Part shown: positions 34,923 through 35,350 of the stretch, piece by piece
Numbering within the stretch: the first letter of the stretch is position 1
Layout: each line of letters starts with the position of its first letter
The notes under the pieces: model-generated
The model's input: only the letters and a program-made list of their open reading frames with translations
Told to the model about the DNA's origin: nothing
Database searches by the model: none
Program-made: the position numbers and the translations under genes
Origin: Blastocatellia bacterium
GTDB lineage: Bacteria > Acidobacteriota > Blastocatellia > RBC074
Direction: 5' to 3'
NCBI GenBank assembly: GCA_031359775.1
Contig: JANMAL010000157.1
Coordinates: 1-35,350, forward strand
Length of the DNA stretch: 35,350 bases

Positions 34923-34956
34923 ATACAATTTTCACGCTATAATAAAATCAATCAAC

Positions 34957-35350
34957 ATGAAAAACGTAATCGCACTATTACTTCTATTTAGCTTCACTTT
35001 TGTCTTCGTCTCCTGTGGGAATCCTCCACCACAACAAGTCTTCGGCATTGCTGTGCTGAACAGCAACCTGCTCTTTGGCTTTGCCGGGTCGGGCCTGCAG
35101 CGGGAATTGGCCAGCCCTTCGGTAAAGCTGATAGATGAAAAAACGCGTGCCACTGCTCCGATGAAAAGGGCGGAAGTAGTCAAAACAAAATTGGAAGCCA
35201 TCGAAACCAATTATGGAAAAGTGAAGGCGCTGAGCAGCAATGAAGAGACGAAAGAACTATTGCCTGCATCGGTTGCCCTCTATGAATTTGTCATTCCGGT
35301 TTATAAAAATGAATATACCCAATTGGCAGGCTTGTATGATGAAGGTGCGC
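34957..35350 (+). CDS. Putative lipoprotein (hypothetical), 3'-truncated by the window edge
   Basis: The ATG at 34957 opens a frame that stays open to the last base, which I checked codon by codon. This ORF is absent from the supplied track because it has no stop codon. The N-terminus MKNVIALLLLFSFTFVFVSCGN carries a lipobox-like VFVSC. The stretch is of lower GC. Confidence 0.6.
   Translation, partial: MKNVIALLLLFSFTFVFVSCGNPPPQQVFGIAVLNSNLLFGFAGSGLQRELASPSVKLIDEKTRATAPMKRAEVVKTKLEAIETNYGKVKALSSNEETKELLPASVALYEFVIPVYKNEYTQLAGLYDEGA

Noticed and set aside
34932-35210. A 92-aa minus-strand ORF at the right end of the window.
   Set aside because: The opposite (+) strand carries an open frame from the ATG at 34957 to the window edge, with a convincing lipoprotein signal peptide. 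The minus ORF has no such features.
1-35350. CRISPR arrays, tRNA/rRNA genes, IS elements, transposases, integrases and prophage genes.
   Set aside because: I found no regularly spaced direct repeats, no tRNA-like T-arm/acceptor patterns in intergenic regions, and no DDE/tyrosine/serine recombinase-like ORFs on reading both strands. The only duplication detected is the 76-nt repeat flanking vapBC.

Overview
This 35.35-kb window is a bacterial chromosomal segment with a roughly 55-60% GC backbone, judged by eye, and a few lower-GC islets. Almost all genes are on the + strand. The gene content suggests an Acidobacteriota-like genome; this is inference, not a database result. It includes a CarboxypepD_reg-type TonB-dependent receptor, a translationally coupled DUF1592/DUF1552 pair, a SpoIVB-like S55 peptidase and many Sec/TAT-exported hydrolases.

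Gene order, left to right:
- 3' part of RNase G
- hybrid sensor kinase (multi-TM, Cache, HAMP, HisKA/HATPase, REC, HPt)
- mobA (minus strand)
- S55 peptidase
- vapBC-like TA cassette
- small exported hypothetical
- beta-propeller/FN3-like exported protein
- HsdR_N-like PD-(D/E)xK gene interrupted by an in-frame TAG
- alpha/beta hydrolase
- about 725 bp of non-coding leader
- TonB-dependent receptor
- RC-type cytochrome c-like protein
- Uma2 endonuclease
- DUF1592, DUF1552, exported DinB, exported ankyrin protein
- ThuA-like protein, dihaem cytochrome c, PQQ dehydrogenase, TAT-exported xylose-isomerase-like TIM barrel
- serine hydrolase
- esterase, exported NIF3-like protein, paralogous esterase
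- two gene remnants (acyltransferase-3, carboxylesterase B)
- 5' part of a lipoprotein gene running off the window

I found no rRNA, tRNA, CRISPR array, transposase or integrase.

The best candidates for undescribed biology:
1. The exported ThuA / cytochrome c / PQQ-dehydrogenase / TIM-barrel module. Its PQQ enzyme carries a D-x-D (lanthanide-type) signature but has no vicinal Cys-Cys.
2. The DUF1592/DUF1552 plus exported DinB plus ankyrin block.
3. A vapBC cassette bracketed by a diverged 76-nt duplication of the 3' end of the peptidase gene.
4. An apparently circularly permuted S55 peptidase.
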